A stretch of 64,000 nt of DNA from Trichoplax sp. H2. Taxonomy: Eukaryota. The stretch covers positions 62,001-126,000 of the forward strand of contig NOWV01000108.1 in the NCBI GenBank assembly GCA_003344405.1, in the 5' to 3' direction. Positions 51,690 to 64,000 of the stretch are shown here, piece after piece. The translations under genes and the position numbers were made by a program. A model generated the notes under the pieces. It was not told where the DNA came from and ran no database searches. It saw only the letters and a program-made list of their open reading frames with translations. Numbering within the stretch: position 1 is the stretch's first letter; each line of letters starts with the position of its first letter.

Positions 51690-53300
51690 TTTGTACTAAA
51701 TGCGTATTTAGTATGAAAACTATGGAAAAGAAGTGGAGTAGTTGACTACTTCTATACTAACTACTTCTTTAATTTATTTCGTAACGTACTTAGTATGGCA
51801 AAGAAGTGGAGTAGTTGACTACTTCTATACTAACTACTTCTTGAATTTATTTCGTAACGTACTTAGTATGGCAAAGAAGTGGAGTAGTTGACTACTTCTA
51901 TACTAAATACGTATTTAATGGATTTAGTAACGTCTTAAGTATGGAAACTATGGAAAAGAAGTGGAGTAGTTGACTACTTCTATACTAACTACTTATTTAA
52001 TTTATTTAGTAACGTACTTAGTATGGCTAAAGAAGTGGAGTAGTTGACTACTTCTATACTAACTACTTATTTAATTTATTTAGTAACGTACTTAGTATGG
52101 CAAAGAAGTGGAGTAGTTGATTACTTCTATACTAAATACGTATTTAATGTATTTAATAACGTCTTAAGTATGGAAACTATGGACAAGAAGTGGAGTAGTT
52201 GACTACTTCTATACTAACTACTTATTTAATTTATTTAGTAACGTACTTAGTATGGCAAAGAAGTGGAGTAGTTGACTACTTCTATACTAAATACGTATTT
52301 AATGTATTTAGTAACGTCTTAAGTATGGAAACTATGGAAAAGAAGTGGAGTAGTTGACTACCTCTATACTAAATACGTATTTAATGTATTTAATAACGTC
52401 TTAAGTATGGAAACTATGGAAAAGAAGTCGAGTAGTTGACCAATTCTATACTATATACGTATTAAATACGAAAAGTGTGAAAAGAAGTTGAGTGGTTCTA
52501 CACTTTTATGCTAAATATGTATTAAGTATGAAAAGGATGGAAAAAGAAGTGGAGTAGTTGACTACTTCTATACTAACTACTTGTTTAATTTATTTCGTAA
52601 CGTACTTAGTAAGGAAAAGAAGTGGAGTAGTTGACTACTTGTATACTAAATATGTATTTAATGTATTTAATAAAACGTATTTAGTACGAAAATTATGGAC
52701 AAGAAGTGGAGTAGTTGATTATTTATTTGTATACTAAATACGTATTGAATGTATTTAGTAACGTATTTAGTATGAAAATTATGGACAAGGAGTGGAGTAG
52801 TTGACTACTTGCATACTAAATACGTATTGAATGTATTAGGTAAGGTATTTAGTATGGAAAGTAGGACAAGAAGTGGAGTAGTTGACTATTTGTATACTAA
52901 TTACGTTATTTATTAATACGTATTTCATGTATATCGTATTTAGTAGGAAAAGTATGGAATGGAAGTCGAGTAGTTGACTACTTCTACTGTGCAGTATCTA
53001 CTAGATACGTATGTAATCTATTTAGTACTAGTAACATACGCTTATTTAGTATGAAAAGTAGAAAAAAGAAGTGGGGTAATTGAATAGACGAAAGACTTGT
53101 CCTCAATACGTATAAAGTATGAAAAGGATGGAAAAGGAAGTGGAATACTTCCATACTGCTAATACTACATCGATCCTCTACAGTACTAAATGCCTATTGA
53201 GTATGAAAAAGAAGTTGAGTCATTGAATAGGCGAAAAAACAGGAGACGTTTGTATTTTCTCTACTTCTCTACTCAATACAGACGCGTATTGAGTATGAAA
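51690..53300. repeat. Tandem array of two subunit types (73 and 82 bp) sharing a dyad-symmetric core, degenerating rightward
   Basis: The core aagaagtggagtagttgactacttctatacta starts at ~51731, 51804, 51877, 51959, 52033, 52106, 52188, 52261, 52343, 52425 and onward. Confidence 0.95.
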
Positions 53301-53529
53301 AGTATGAAAAGAGCAAGTGTCGTTGTTGGATCGCTTTCAACAACGACCAGTATTAACTGATCTACTCGACATCTTGAGTATGAAAGCGATGGTAAAACAA
53401 GTGGACTCGACGAGTAAAAACTGGTCTATGGTCATAGTATCGTCTATGCTCTATCTCCTTGTAGACTGTACTTGTAAACGAACTGCATCTTGAGTACAGG
53501 GAATCAAACATAACCAAAACTGCAGTTGG

Positions 53530-53895
53530 CCATTTTTTTTTTTTTTTCCCCCCCCCCAGGCCCACACCAACCTGGTCGTTGGTTTGCCTTAGCGTTTTAG
53601 ACGACATGACGGCTGCGCACTAGGTGGCATGAGCTGGCAACAGGACCGTGTTTCTTTCTGATAGACAATACTTCTGTTGTCATGGATAATCATGCTTGAC
53701 TATAGGTGAATAGAGTGGTACGCGCGACACAACCTTCAATCCCCAACTGGGCCCAACCGGGCCCACTATAAAAGACCTGGTGACATGTTTCTCCCGCCCA
53801 AACTTCATTACGTTTAGGGTAACTGTAGGGACACCAAGGAGACCGACGAGTCCAAGGCAACAGCTCCGGTAGTCAAGGGAGATCGACGTGGATAG
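53530..53895 (+). promoter_or_regulatory. Probable RFX promoter and non-coding first exon: GC-rich, GGGCCCA x2, TATAAAAG at 53767, donor ag|gttcgt at 53895/53896
   Basis: The only GC-rich island upstream of the RFX coding exons. It has a canonical TATA sequence and a donor-like site ~130 bp downstream. Confidence 0.5.
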
Positions 53896-54161
53896 GTTCG
53901 TATTTTTTTTTTATCATCAACAATTCCCTACCAACGATCGTTACTAAGGCGATGATCGCCTTGGACACTAGGAGGGGTAGAATTTGCAGTCAATGCAAAG
54001 TGGAGTAGGGTTGTTGCAGCCTAAGGCAGTCGATTTACTTGAATTTATTGCTTTCTTGGCCTAGTTGGCCTTTGGGATTGCCATCATGTCGTATCTTTCA
54101 TCATTCCATTTTCGTCTTTTGTCTTGCTTCTTTTGACCGCTTCAAATAACTTGGTTTAAAG

Positions 54162-54184
54162 GGAGAGAGAGAGAGAGAGAGAGG
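54162..54184. repeat. (GA)n microsatellite
   Basis: About 11 consecutive GA units. Confidence 0.9.
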
Positions 54185-54676
54185 TTTCTTTCGTCTAGGA
54201 CTTGTTGTCATCACTGTCTAGTCGACTGGTTGATAGCGAGCTCATCTCCATTAGGGCACATTGCCTATCCAAGGGTCAGTTTTTTTCATGCATGGCCTCT
54301 TTTGCAATGCAAGCCGTAAATCCACGATCCAAGGGGGAAAAACATCATGACAGCGATGGCGATCTCTTGCATTGTTCTTTCTTTTCTTCATTCCTTTACC
54401 CTTGTTAGGACTCTTGTCTTCCAACTTTTTCTCTATTTTAGTATCAGCGATAGAGTACACGACAACCATGGGATAGGCCGATCGGATCAAAACGACAAAC
54501 CATGGACATCGTCTTGATCGACACAAGGCATCAATCATCTTTGCAAATTAAAACTCTTCTACCATCAAATACGGCACTAGTCCATAGTCAATTTGATCGA
54601 TACGATAGGTTTGGGGGCCACCCCTTGACCCCCTCCAATTTCCTCTTGTATGCATGAAAATACGCCAGTTGCATCA

Positions 54677-55045
54677 TCCTACTCTTACTTCTGACTCTAT
54701 CAAGTCTTATCCTACTTTACATGGACTCTCTCGTCATACCTTAGACAACATTGGCCTTCGTAGACATGTCCACATACCTTATTGTCGGTTACTACAATCG
54801 GATGGACGCGATCAAACATGCTACATCCATCTTCAATCCTTCCCCCATTCTAATACTGTCATCGTACTCTTTCTTCTGACTTGATCAAGTCTTATTCTAC
54901 TTTCAATGTACTCTCTCTCGTCATACCTTAGACAACATTGGCCGCTGTAGACTTGTCCACATACCTTATTATCGGATGGACGCGATCAAACATGCTACCA
55001 TCCATCTTCAATCCTTCCCCCATTCCAATACTGTCATCATCATTC
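54677..55045. repeat. Direct duplication, ~175-190-bp unit, 2 copies
   Basis: ctctctcgtcataccttagacaacattggcc...atcggatggacgcgatcaaacatgctac...aatactgtcatc occurs twice. Confidence 0.92.
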
Positions 55046-55775
55046 TTTCTTCTTACTCTATCCACTTTTTGATTCGACATTGGATCTCGCTTCATTCATA
55101 CTGTCCATGCTTTTCTAACGAGAGTATGCCCAACCAGGAGGAGGAGGAGGATGATGGTGAAATCAGCCCCATTATTTTCGCCTACAGCAATATCATAGAC
55201 GCGATCAACATGGTTGGTCCAAGTTGAGTCCTTTCCTTATGACCATTTTTCTTGACCACATCAAGTTTTACTATACATTGGATAAACTTTCATCTTCACT
55301 CTTTCCATTGCTTTGACTGTACTAGGCCTTATTCCCAATTTTAGTCTCTTTCTAGATGAAAAGATTTTTCATCATTGTTCTTTCTTCTCAACTATAGTAC
55401 TCTAGCCAGTTTTACTGGACATTAGATATACTTGATTCCCATAATATGTTGATATTGGTCATACTTTGTCCAATCATGATGATGAAATCAGCCATTGCAA
55501 AATACTATCATGATAATTCTTCCTAATGGACATAGGGTATACTTTCATCCATACTATTTACACTCGCTAATCATGTGGTATACCATCCATTTCTTAGACC
55601 TTTACTTTGCTGCTGACGACTGCTTTTCTTACCTCTTATAGACTATAGCTTCCAGTCGTAGCTAGTGAATCAATTTTTTCCCCCATCACTATTGTACAAA
55701 CACACAAAGATAGAAATCTCCATTTTATTTTATTACGGTACTACTGATTGGAGAGTTATTATACACACAAAGACA

Positions 55776-56018
55776 AAAGTAATCCTTTCCCAATAGATGG
55801 ATAGTCCATAGGCGACAGCACTTTATACAATATCGGTTATAATAACTATAACTTGAAGGACAACGATTTGTATTCAAACTCTAGCCAATCGTTCAAAGTA
55901 ATCCTTTCCCAATAGATGGATAGTCAATAGGCGATAACACTTTATAGAATAGGACTATATCGATTATAATAACTATAACTTTAATGGCAACGATTTGCTT
56001 TCAAACTGTAGTCAATCG
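55776..56018. repeat. Direct duplication, ~120-bp period, 2 copies
   Basis: aaagtaatcctttcccaatagatggatagtc...ttataataactataactt...caacgatttg..ttcaaact occurs twice. Confidence 0.92.
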
Positions 56019-59000
56019 GTCTCGCCATCATTACATATACTGAATACTGTATACAGAAAGCGTTCATCCATTCTTGCTACTATACGCGTATGCAAGCTTC
56101 AAGATTGCCTGTCGAGAAAGAAAGATACTATTCTCGCTGACCATTTGCCCACTGTCGTAGATTAGTCAATTTAACATGACAACATTGAGTTCTCATCTCT
56201 CTACTATTCCACTGCAGTACATACTCGTTCTTCTCTTTCGTTTTACCATATTCATGGTATTACTAAGAATGAAAAATGTCCATACATTAATCAATATTTT
56301 CTGACTGCGATACTTCTTGCAATGTTGACACATTGGGTAGTAAAATAAAAATAAAAATACTTAAATATGCATTATACATAAGCATGTAGCTTCTATTCTA
56401 TCTACTGGTATATCATTTGGTGAATTATTATCAAAAGTATTCCCTGTATAGCACATTATGACCTTCATTCTATCACCTATTAACTACATTCATGCATAGA
56501 TTGATGATAGAAATGATGTAATGGACCGCCACTGCTCATTCAACTAATTTGTCTTAACTTATTCTCAACAGAATAAACTTAAAATGGCGATGATTGTTAT
56601 TAATTGATTATTCAATTCATCTCTTTTCTCCATTTACATTAACCATTCAAAGTTAGACTGTAAATTACTTTACTCTTCTTTAATTGTACGAATATTGGTT
56701 ATGCAGGAGAATTTATTAGTAAAGCAAATTGAAAAAAAAGTTGTCATCTTGTTCTCTATACTCCCACATTAGTCTTAATACAGAATCCTGTTTCGAGATT
56801 GGATTTTAATTCAAGTATCTGATACAATGCATATGAAAAAATGGACAGTAGACTATATTGATATTAACCAACAATCTAACGATACCCAAAAATCTTAGAG
56901 ATGGATTGAATGTATGCTTAAAGTACTGGATCCATCTTTCCCTTTTGAACTATTTTGTATGTAAAAGGAAATAACGGCTTCAAATAGACAACTCAATCCC
57001 TTCCAGTACTATTTGAGGCAGCTTATTAACTTAAAATTATAAATACAATTTAATGAGTGTAACAACCAATCATAGTTTTACATTTGATTAGTATCTACTT
57101 ATTCAAGTATCAGAACCACTTTATACCATATCCACATGACTCAATTGACTTTGAGCTATAATGAATAATATAACGATCTGCCTAGATGGATCATACATAA
57201 TGATCTACACCTCGACAGAAAAATCATCAATCTTTTGAATAATGAATGATAGCTCTACGTAAACCATATCAATAACAATTTTTATTACTTAAATAAGCAC
57301 ATACGATTCATGAAAAACTTATTCTCTTCTCATACAATCTAATGATGTTGATGCCTTTGTCTTGATCCAACTTTTTTCCTACATTATCCAACTGATATAC
57401 GTAATATAGAATTACTGTATTATACGTAGAACAGCAATGTTGACGATATTTTTCCCGATAGATGTAGTCATTTTTAACAATGATGATTCTTCTTCTTGTA
57501 GTTCATTTTATATAATCCAGGAGACGGTAGAATGATCGATCCATTTTTACCCTTTATCCTTCTTTATTTTTCTATCACACACGCTATCAAACTACAGTTT
57601 ATAAATTTTGAACAATATTGTAGTCAATCTCGCACTAGAAGTAACTAGGAAAAAATAGAGTATAAACTATCAATCTTATATAGCTTTGATAGTGACCAAA
57701 GTGACTGAATGTAAATTAATTACCCAACGATACAATCTGTTTCTACGTTACGACAAAGAACAGAGTAATCATCTTTATCTTCTCTCGGATTCTCTGACTG
57801 CATTTTATACTAGTACTCTTTCCGACTGGGAAAGATGCTAGCTGTACGTCTTCACTTACTCGGGATGATTGTTTTCTGATATATCAACTTGATAGTATTA
57901 CTAATGCTAATACCAGTATTGGCGAGATTACTGATATTACCAATCTTGTTAAAAATAGATTTAGTATAGGCATTAAAAGAATTTTAATTTACTTCTCTTA
58001 ACGTCTCTATTTAAAATATCGGTAAAATTCATAATGGATAATACTTAATTTAGAACAACAATATATTTTGTTGATATAGTACTGTATCCAATATCCAATT
58101 AGAAGAAATATTGATCGACCATCATTCTACCTTATGACCTATTGCTTTTGTTGATTAGGATGTCAGAAAATAGCCACCATTAATACAAATACAGTCTTAA
58201 GAAACTACTATTCAATATGCAGAAAGGTCTTACAGTATTAATATACTCCAATGAGTTACTACTATACTGTACATACAGGTGTAAGATCGCTATCTATTTC
58301 TTGTGTTCCATTTTGTTATTACCAATGGATGAAGAGTTGTTTTAAATAAGAAGGCGACTAATACGACAGTGCAATGTTATTATCTGTAATTTCAACCAAA
58401 GTATATTAATATAATATCTCATTACTACATGTACTACAAAATTGATCGATTCTATTAATTCCTTACCTTCTACTTATTTGCTAATATATTGTGAACAACA
58501 CAGTAAAATCGATTTTAAAGGTGATGCATATTAGTTGTTGGATAACTTCTAGATATATATGACAACTTTGCATCAATTCAGTAGTGTATGTTTTATACTT
58601 GTATTCAACTGTAACTTTTTGATGATATTCTACTACATATCTTTGTAACATAAATGCGCCAATAATAGAAACATCATACTTGTAGAAAAGGATATATCTA
58701 CCATTAATTATTCTCGCAACAGTTCTATACATCGCCAAGATAAATCTGCATAGCTTTTTAAATCGTGACTGTCGCTATAACATTAATTACTAAAAATCAG
58801 ATCTTTTGAAAGCTCAGGGGTAGCAATATCACGTAAAATGACAACTATCTAACTGTTAATTCACTGGAGCAATTGTATACTGCTAGGGCTAAATCTCATT
58901 TAGATGATAGCTATTATTATAAATTTTAGCTATCAAAATTAGATAGTTTGGAGGCCAAGAGGAGCAATACTATACGAATGATAAATTTAACTTTAAATTA

Positions 59001-59808
59001 TATTTTATCATGATTCATGTATTGTCCAGATAACTTTGTAGTTAATCTACATATTTTACAATTTTATGACTATTACTGTAAATTAAATGACGTGTTACTA
59101 AAAAATCGTGTTAGCTTGAAAATTGAGGAGGAACTGACTGAATGAAATGGTTTATTCAAGTGTTGGTCATTCTCTCATATTTCTTCGCTATGTATAGATT
59201 TAATGTTACAGGTGTATTTATATATTAATTACCGGAAATTTACCCGCTACTAATCACTTCATTAGATGAATTTGTTAATCAAATTATTTAGTTATCCTGG
59301 TCAATTGGGAAACAGCCATGTATAACAGTGTAAACACTTTACGGCATTGCTAAACACGTATAAAAATTACGATGAGAATCCTCAACCTTAATGTTCTGTG
59401 CTTTTGACGATCATCAACTTTTCTATATACTCTAATTATAAATGTATATGTTATTTATGATACAATAATGATGATACACGAAGCTACACTAGTTCATTAC
59501 CATGTGTAAGATCTAAAATGTAGTATGAGCTACACTGTAAATTACAACAGCCAAAATAGTACTGTCGAGATTGAGATTTATATTTTAAGTTTTAATTCGC
59601 TCATATCTAGAAAATATTTTTTTAATTATTTATTTATCTTTTCTATTATAGATAAGTACCAGTATTAGATCATCTCATTGATATCATCAACCAAACTATT
59701 AATGTCAGATTAATAAACCGAAAAAGGAAAATAGCAAATATAAAATATCGACAAACGATTTAAAACTTCCTTATCAAATATTTTTGTCAATTACTACACT
59801 CAACCCAG

Positions 59809-62800
59809 AAAGTTACCGTGGCGCAACAACAACCACCACAACAGAGCGCTTTCATGCAAGGGCAGCCACAAAATAGAGGTATGGCTTATCCACCACCACC
59901 ACCACCACCACCTGGGACTGATGTTCAATATTCGGTTGATCCGAATACAGGAGACAGCATGTATCCTAATGGTGCTGTGTAAGTAAATATATACGCAGTA
60001 ATTATGTTTCGTAAGTTTAAAAAATTTGTTTAATTAGATTTTAAGTCAATCTTTTATTTATACTGACTATTTATCGAGATAAATTTATAATTTCATTTTA
60101 TATTAGCATGTCGAATAATATAATGATATTAAAGTATTAATTGATGACACTATAGTTGTATGGTATTGTATATGTATACTAATTGGCGTTACTTGTAGTA
60201 GGGGAGTCAACTATGGCTATGCCGATGGTAATACTATTTATGCTCATCATCCGCCAGCCGTCTCATCGTCTTATTACGAAGCCGGTCAAGCTAATGTAGT
60301 AACAAGTGGTGCTCAAATGATGGGTCAGGTATCCACTGGACCTGGGACTTACGTTGTCCCACAAAGTGGGGGAATCAAGGAAAATTATCCAGTCCCTCAT
60401 ACTACTCGTGCACCACCTGCTACGGTATTAAATTTTATCCTTATACGAAATATATAGCATTTACATTCGTTTACGATGCAATACTATAGCTGTAAATAGT
60501 TGGCGATTGTTAAAGGTGAAAATCAATTTGCATAAATCTGTATATTGGCAGTGTACAGTACTACGTAGAAATCATTTTAGCTATAACAAGTAACCTTGAT
60601 GATAACTTTCAACAAGTTCAACTCTCTTATTTATTAGAGTCCAAGATCAGATTTTTAGTAGCTAACAAGTAGCGCATAAACAGAATTTCAAAGTCTTACA
60701 GCATCTGCTATAGCTTAATAAATATTATTTAGCAGCAATGTGCTATATTGTAACACCTTTGCACTATTAACTAATAAGTAGATCTAAGGTGCTAATCAAT
60801 TAATTAAGTACTTGAAAGACAACTTGCCATAAGCCTTTTAACTCCTAAGTGGACATGCACATATACAGTATATATACATACTAATATGAAATACTCCATT
60901 TCTTATATAATTAATATATTCACATGGACAGGTTCAGTGGCTATTGGACAACTATGAAACAGCAGATGGTGTTAGTCTACCGCGGAGTTTGTTATACAGC
61001 CACTATTTACGTCATTGTGAGGCTAACAAATTAGATCCCGTGAACGCTGCCAGTTTTGGCAAGTTAATTCGTTCTGTTTTTATCGGATTAAAAACTAGAA
61101 GATTAGGCACTAGGTAATTCCAAAATCTAAAGAATGTTTTTTAGTTTATTGCTATGCATACCAAAATTCTTAGCGAATGCTAATAATTGCTCATTCATAT
61201 CGATGGTGTAATATAGGGGTAATTCGAAATACCATTATTATGGTATTAGGATAAAACCGACTTCTCCATTAAACAATTTACAAGAAGATTGGCAAATGGC
61301 AATGAGACAGCAGCCAACACAGCAAATAAAAAGGTTAGTGCTATTTATGGAACCTTACGAAAGAAAACCTTTTCGAAAGTAAAATCATATAGTAATCTCA
61401 AGATCTACGAATATGTAATAATATGGTAATATTAATGTGGTAGTAAAAGTAAAGCATACTGTTGATAGCATACGTGTATGCTTACTTACTATTTGCTATT
61501 ATGATAAACTGTACTCTGAAATACTTAAATTTAAATTTGCTTACGGTAGTAAAACCGATGGTAGTGATCAAGATGGTCAAGGTGAACAAGAAGATGAAAA
61601 TGAAGTAGATTCTGAACATGAAACAAATCAACAACATCAACATCAACAATTTCTTGGTGATGCTAGTACCGCTTTACCTAATTTTGAAACTCTAGAACTA
61701 GCTGATAATGAAATCCCTGATGGCATTAAAGCTGCTGATGTAGTCACGTTTGCACAGATGTACCGTGAACATTGTGAAGTAAATAAATTGAAGTGATACT
61801 GTAGACATTTTACTACAGATATTTGATTGTTAAGAATTAAATACTGTGAGAGATCGATCTGATACATTGCTTATAGTCGATTTTACTAAATATTCTTACA
61901 TTATATTTAGGGCATCCTAAATGTTATTGTCAACTTGCAATTTGAAACGGTGCTAACGCTATGGAAAAATTTTTGGAGGTGTCCTGTTGGTTCAGAAGAA
62001 CCAGAAGCTATGGAAACCGATGCCCCTATGCCTGAAATTTCTGACAAAGATCGGTTGGTGATTTACGCTAAAACAGTTAAAATAATAATTTATACAATAA
62101 AACATCCTCTTTGCTTACATTATAATGATATTTTTGTACCTTGTAACGGCAGTCAAGAAGCCTTGGATAAAATGGAACAACGATTACCAAAACAAAAATT
62201 GGTTATATTGTGTAGCATTGAAAATGTAACATTTTATATGAAAAAATGCGACTACTGCCTATACCAAGCTTTAGTTGACGTTTTAGTTCCCGATGTTTTA
62301 CGGCCAATACCTCGTTAGTTCATATCTGTAAAAATATATTTTTATGTATTAACGCCGAAATATGTTAAGGTGATATATGATTTCTTATGAATGTTGTTCG
62401 ATGCTTACCTATACTAGCTGCTCTTACCCAAGCTATTCGTAACTTTGCGAAGAATCTTGAAAGTCAGTTGATAGCTAGCATGGTTGGAATTCCTCAAGCT
62501 ATCCAATCTGCAAAGGTAAATTAAAATATGATCCTACAATTTAGAAGTTTAATTGCTATAATGCGCCTAAGATTCATTGTAGGGTATAAAGCTAACTTAA
62601 TCATGCTACATGTTCACGTTTAGATGATAGCCGTAAATGCTTTTTCGCAAACATTACGAAGATATACATCATTGAATCATTTGGCTCAAGCAACACGAGC
62701 AGTCCTCCAGAATTCAAATCAAATTAGCCAGATGTTGAGCGATCTCAACCGAGTTGACTTCTCAAATGTCCATGTGAGTACTAAATACGCCGTATATATT

Positions 62801-63815
62801 CATATTTATATATCTAATTAAACGCAAATGGTAGCAATCAATCAATCTCAACATTACTTTAGGAGCAAGCATCGTGGGTTTGCCAATGCGATGAAAATAT
62901 AGTTCATCGTTTAGAGTCAGACTTTAAGACTACGTTGCAACAACAGGTAAAAATTAGTATACAATCTTGCTATAAATTTGCAGCTGGTATACAATATAAC
63001 ATAGCAAATCGACTATTAAATGGATAGAAATCCTTAGAGCAATGGTCAGAATGGTTAAAGAATGTTGTAGATTCATGCCTGGAATCTTTTAAAGAAGGCC
63101 ATAATTTTGCTAAAGCAGCCCGTGAATTTTTATTAAAGTGGTCATTTTACAGGTACGAATATACTTCTACAGTTAAATGGTTACTTCATTTGCAATAACA
63201 ATGAATCAGTTAAATTTGCCACTAAGTTTTCCACTAGCGTTAAATTCAATAACTGTAGCCATAATAATATGAAATTCTTTAAATGGCCCTTTCAGCTCCA
63301 TGGTTATCCGCGATCTTACTCTGCGTAGTGCAGCAAGTTTTGGCTCCTTTCATTTAATAAGGCTCTTATATGACGAATATATGTTTTATATCATCGAGCA
63401 TAAAGTTGCTGCAGCTGTTGGTCAGACACCGATTAAAGTTATGGCAGAGGTACTTTCACAGATATAACAGATCTAATCGTAAAACAACTATAATATTGAA
63501 ATATTCTCACAATAACAAATAATAATATCTTTTTTCTGGTAAAGCAATTGGCCTCCTTAGCACGTTCAAGCTCTGTTATCGAAGATTCTAGCATACTCGC
63601 GATGCAAACTTGTACGAATAATGTTATATAGTAATATTATACTCTTTGGCTACACTTGTCAGACATTTGATAACTTTGATTCCTTACTCATCATAGCTAA
63701 TTTAGAAAGTGGTGAAGATAATATATCTATTGCAAAATGTGATGAAGCGAACGTTGCTGGAGCTCCATTGGATGATATTGATGATAGCGCTAATGCAGAA
63801 GCTAAGATGGAATAG
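59809..63815 (+). CDS. RFX3: RFX1/2/3-type winged-helix transcription factor (at least 14 exons from 59809; start exon uncertain, possibly ATG at 58251)
   Basis: DNA-binding domain [79 protein letters not shown]. Also [39 protein letters not shown], and dimerisation domain [40 protein letters not shown]. The symbol is nominal; this is probably a co-orthologue of RFX1/2/3. Confidence 0.93.
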
Positions 63816-64000
63816 TTAAAACTGTATTTGCTAGAGTTACCTGTAATAATAACGATATGGCTTGAACTTTCAGTCTCATCGATGTAAAAGTGGCTAGCTG
63901 TAAATTAATGATATGAACCATTATCTTTAGACAAGTGTAAATGTGGTCATCTAGTTCAACTTATTACTCTTTGTACGTTTAAATATTTTAAAAATTGGAT

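Noticed and set aside
51690-53300. CRISPR-like appearance (palindromic ~30-bp core at regular spacing)
   Set aside because: The intervening sequences are repeated A/B variants rather than unique spacers, there are no cas genes, and the context is eukaryotic.
53362-55227. Short ORFs around the RFX promoter
   Set aside because: They overlap GC-rich, homopolymer or duplicated non-coding sequence, with no homology cues or consistent splice phases.

Overview
This is AT-rich, gene-dense eukaryotic (animal-type) nuclear DNA with many short GT-AG introns. The compact layout resembles a placozoan such as Trichoplax; this is an inference I did not verify. Nine protein-coding genes could be assembled by hand: PIF1 (+), ALG2 (-, single coding exon), TTC33 (+), MPV17L2 (-), SLC30A7/ZnT7 (-), an unnamed ~1017-aa protein (+), DPH5 (-), CCDC17 (+) and an RFX1/2/3-type transcription factor (+). 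The unnamed protein has a divergent EH domain split by a 7-kb intron, followed by repeated nexilin-like charged modules. About a fifth of the window consists of ~15 mutually unrelated, locally generated tandem arrays or duplications (units ~73-245 bp). Many sit in early introns or beside GC-rich promoters, and two appear to carry splice sites in the repeat unit. I found no rRNA, tRNA, CRISPR array or recognisable autonomous transposon. All exon coordinates were read manually and may be off by a few bases.
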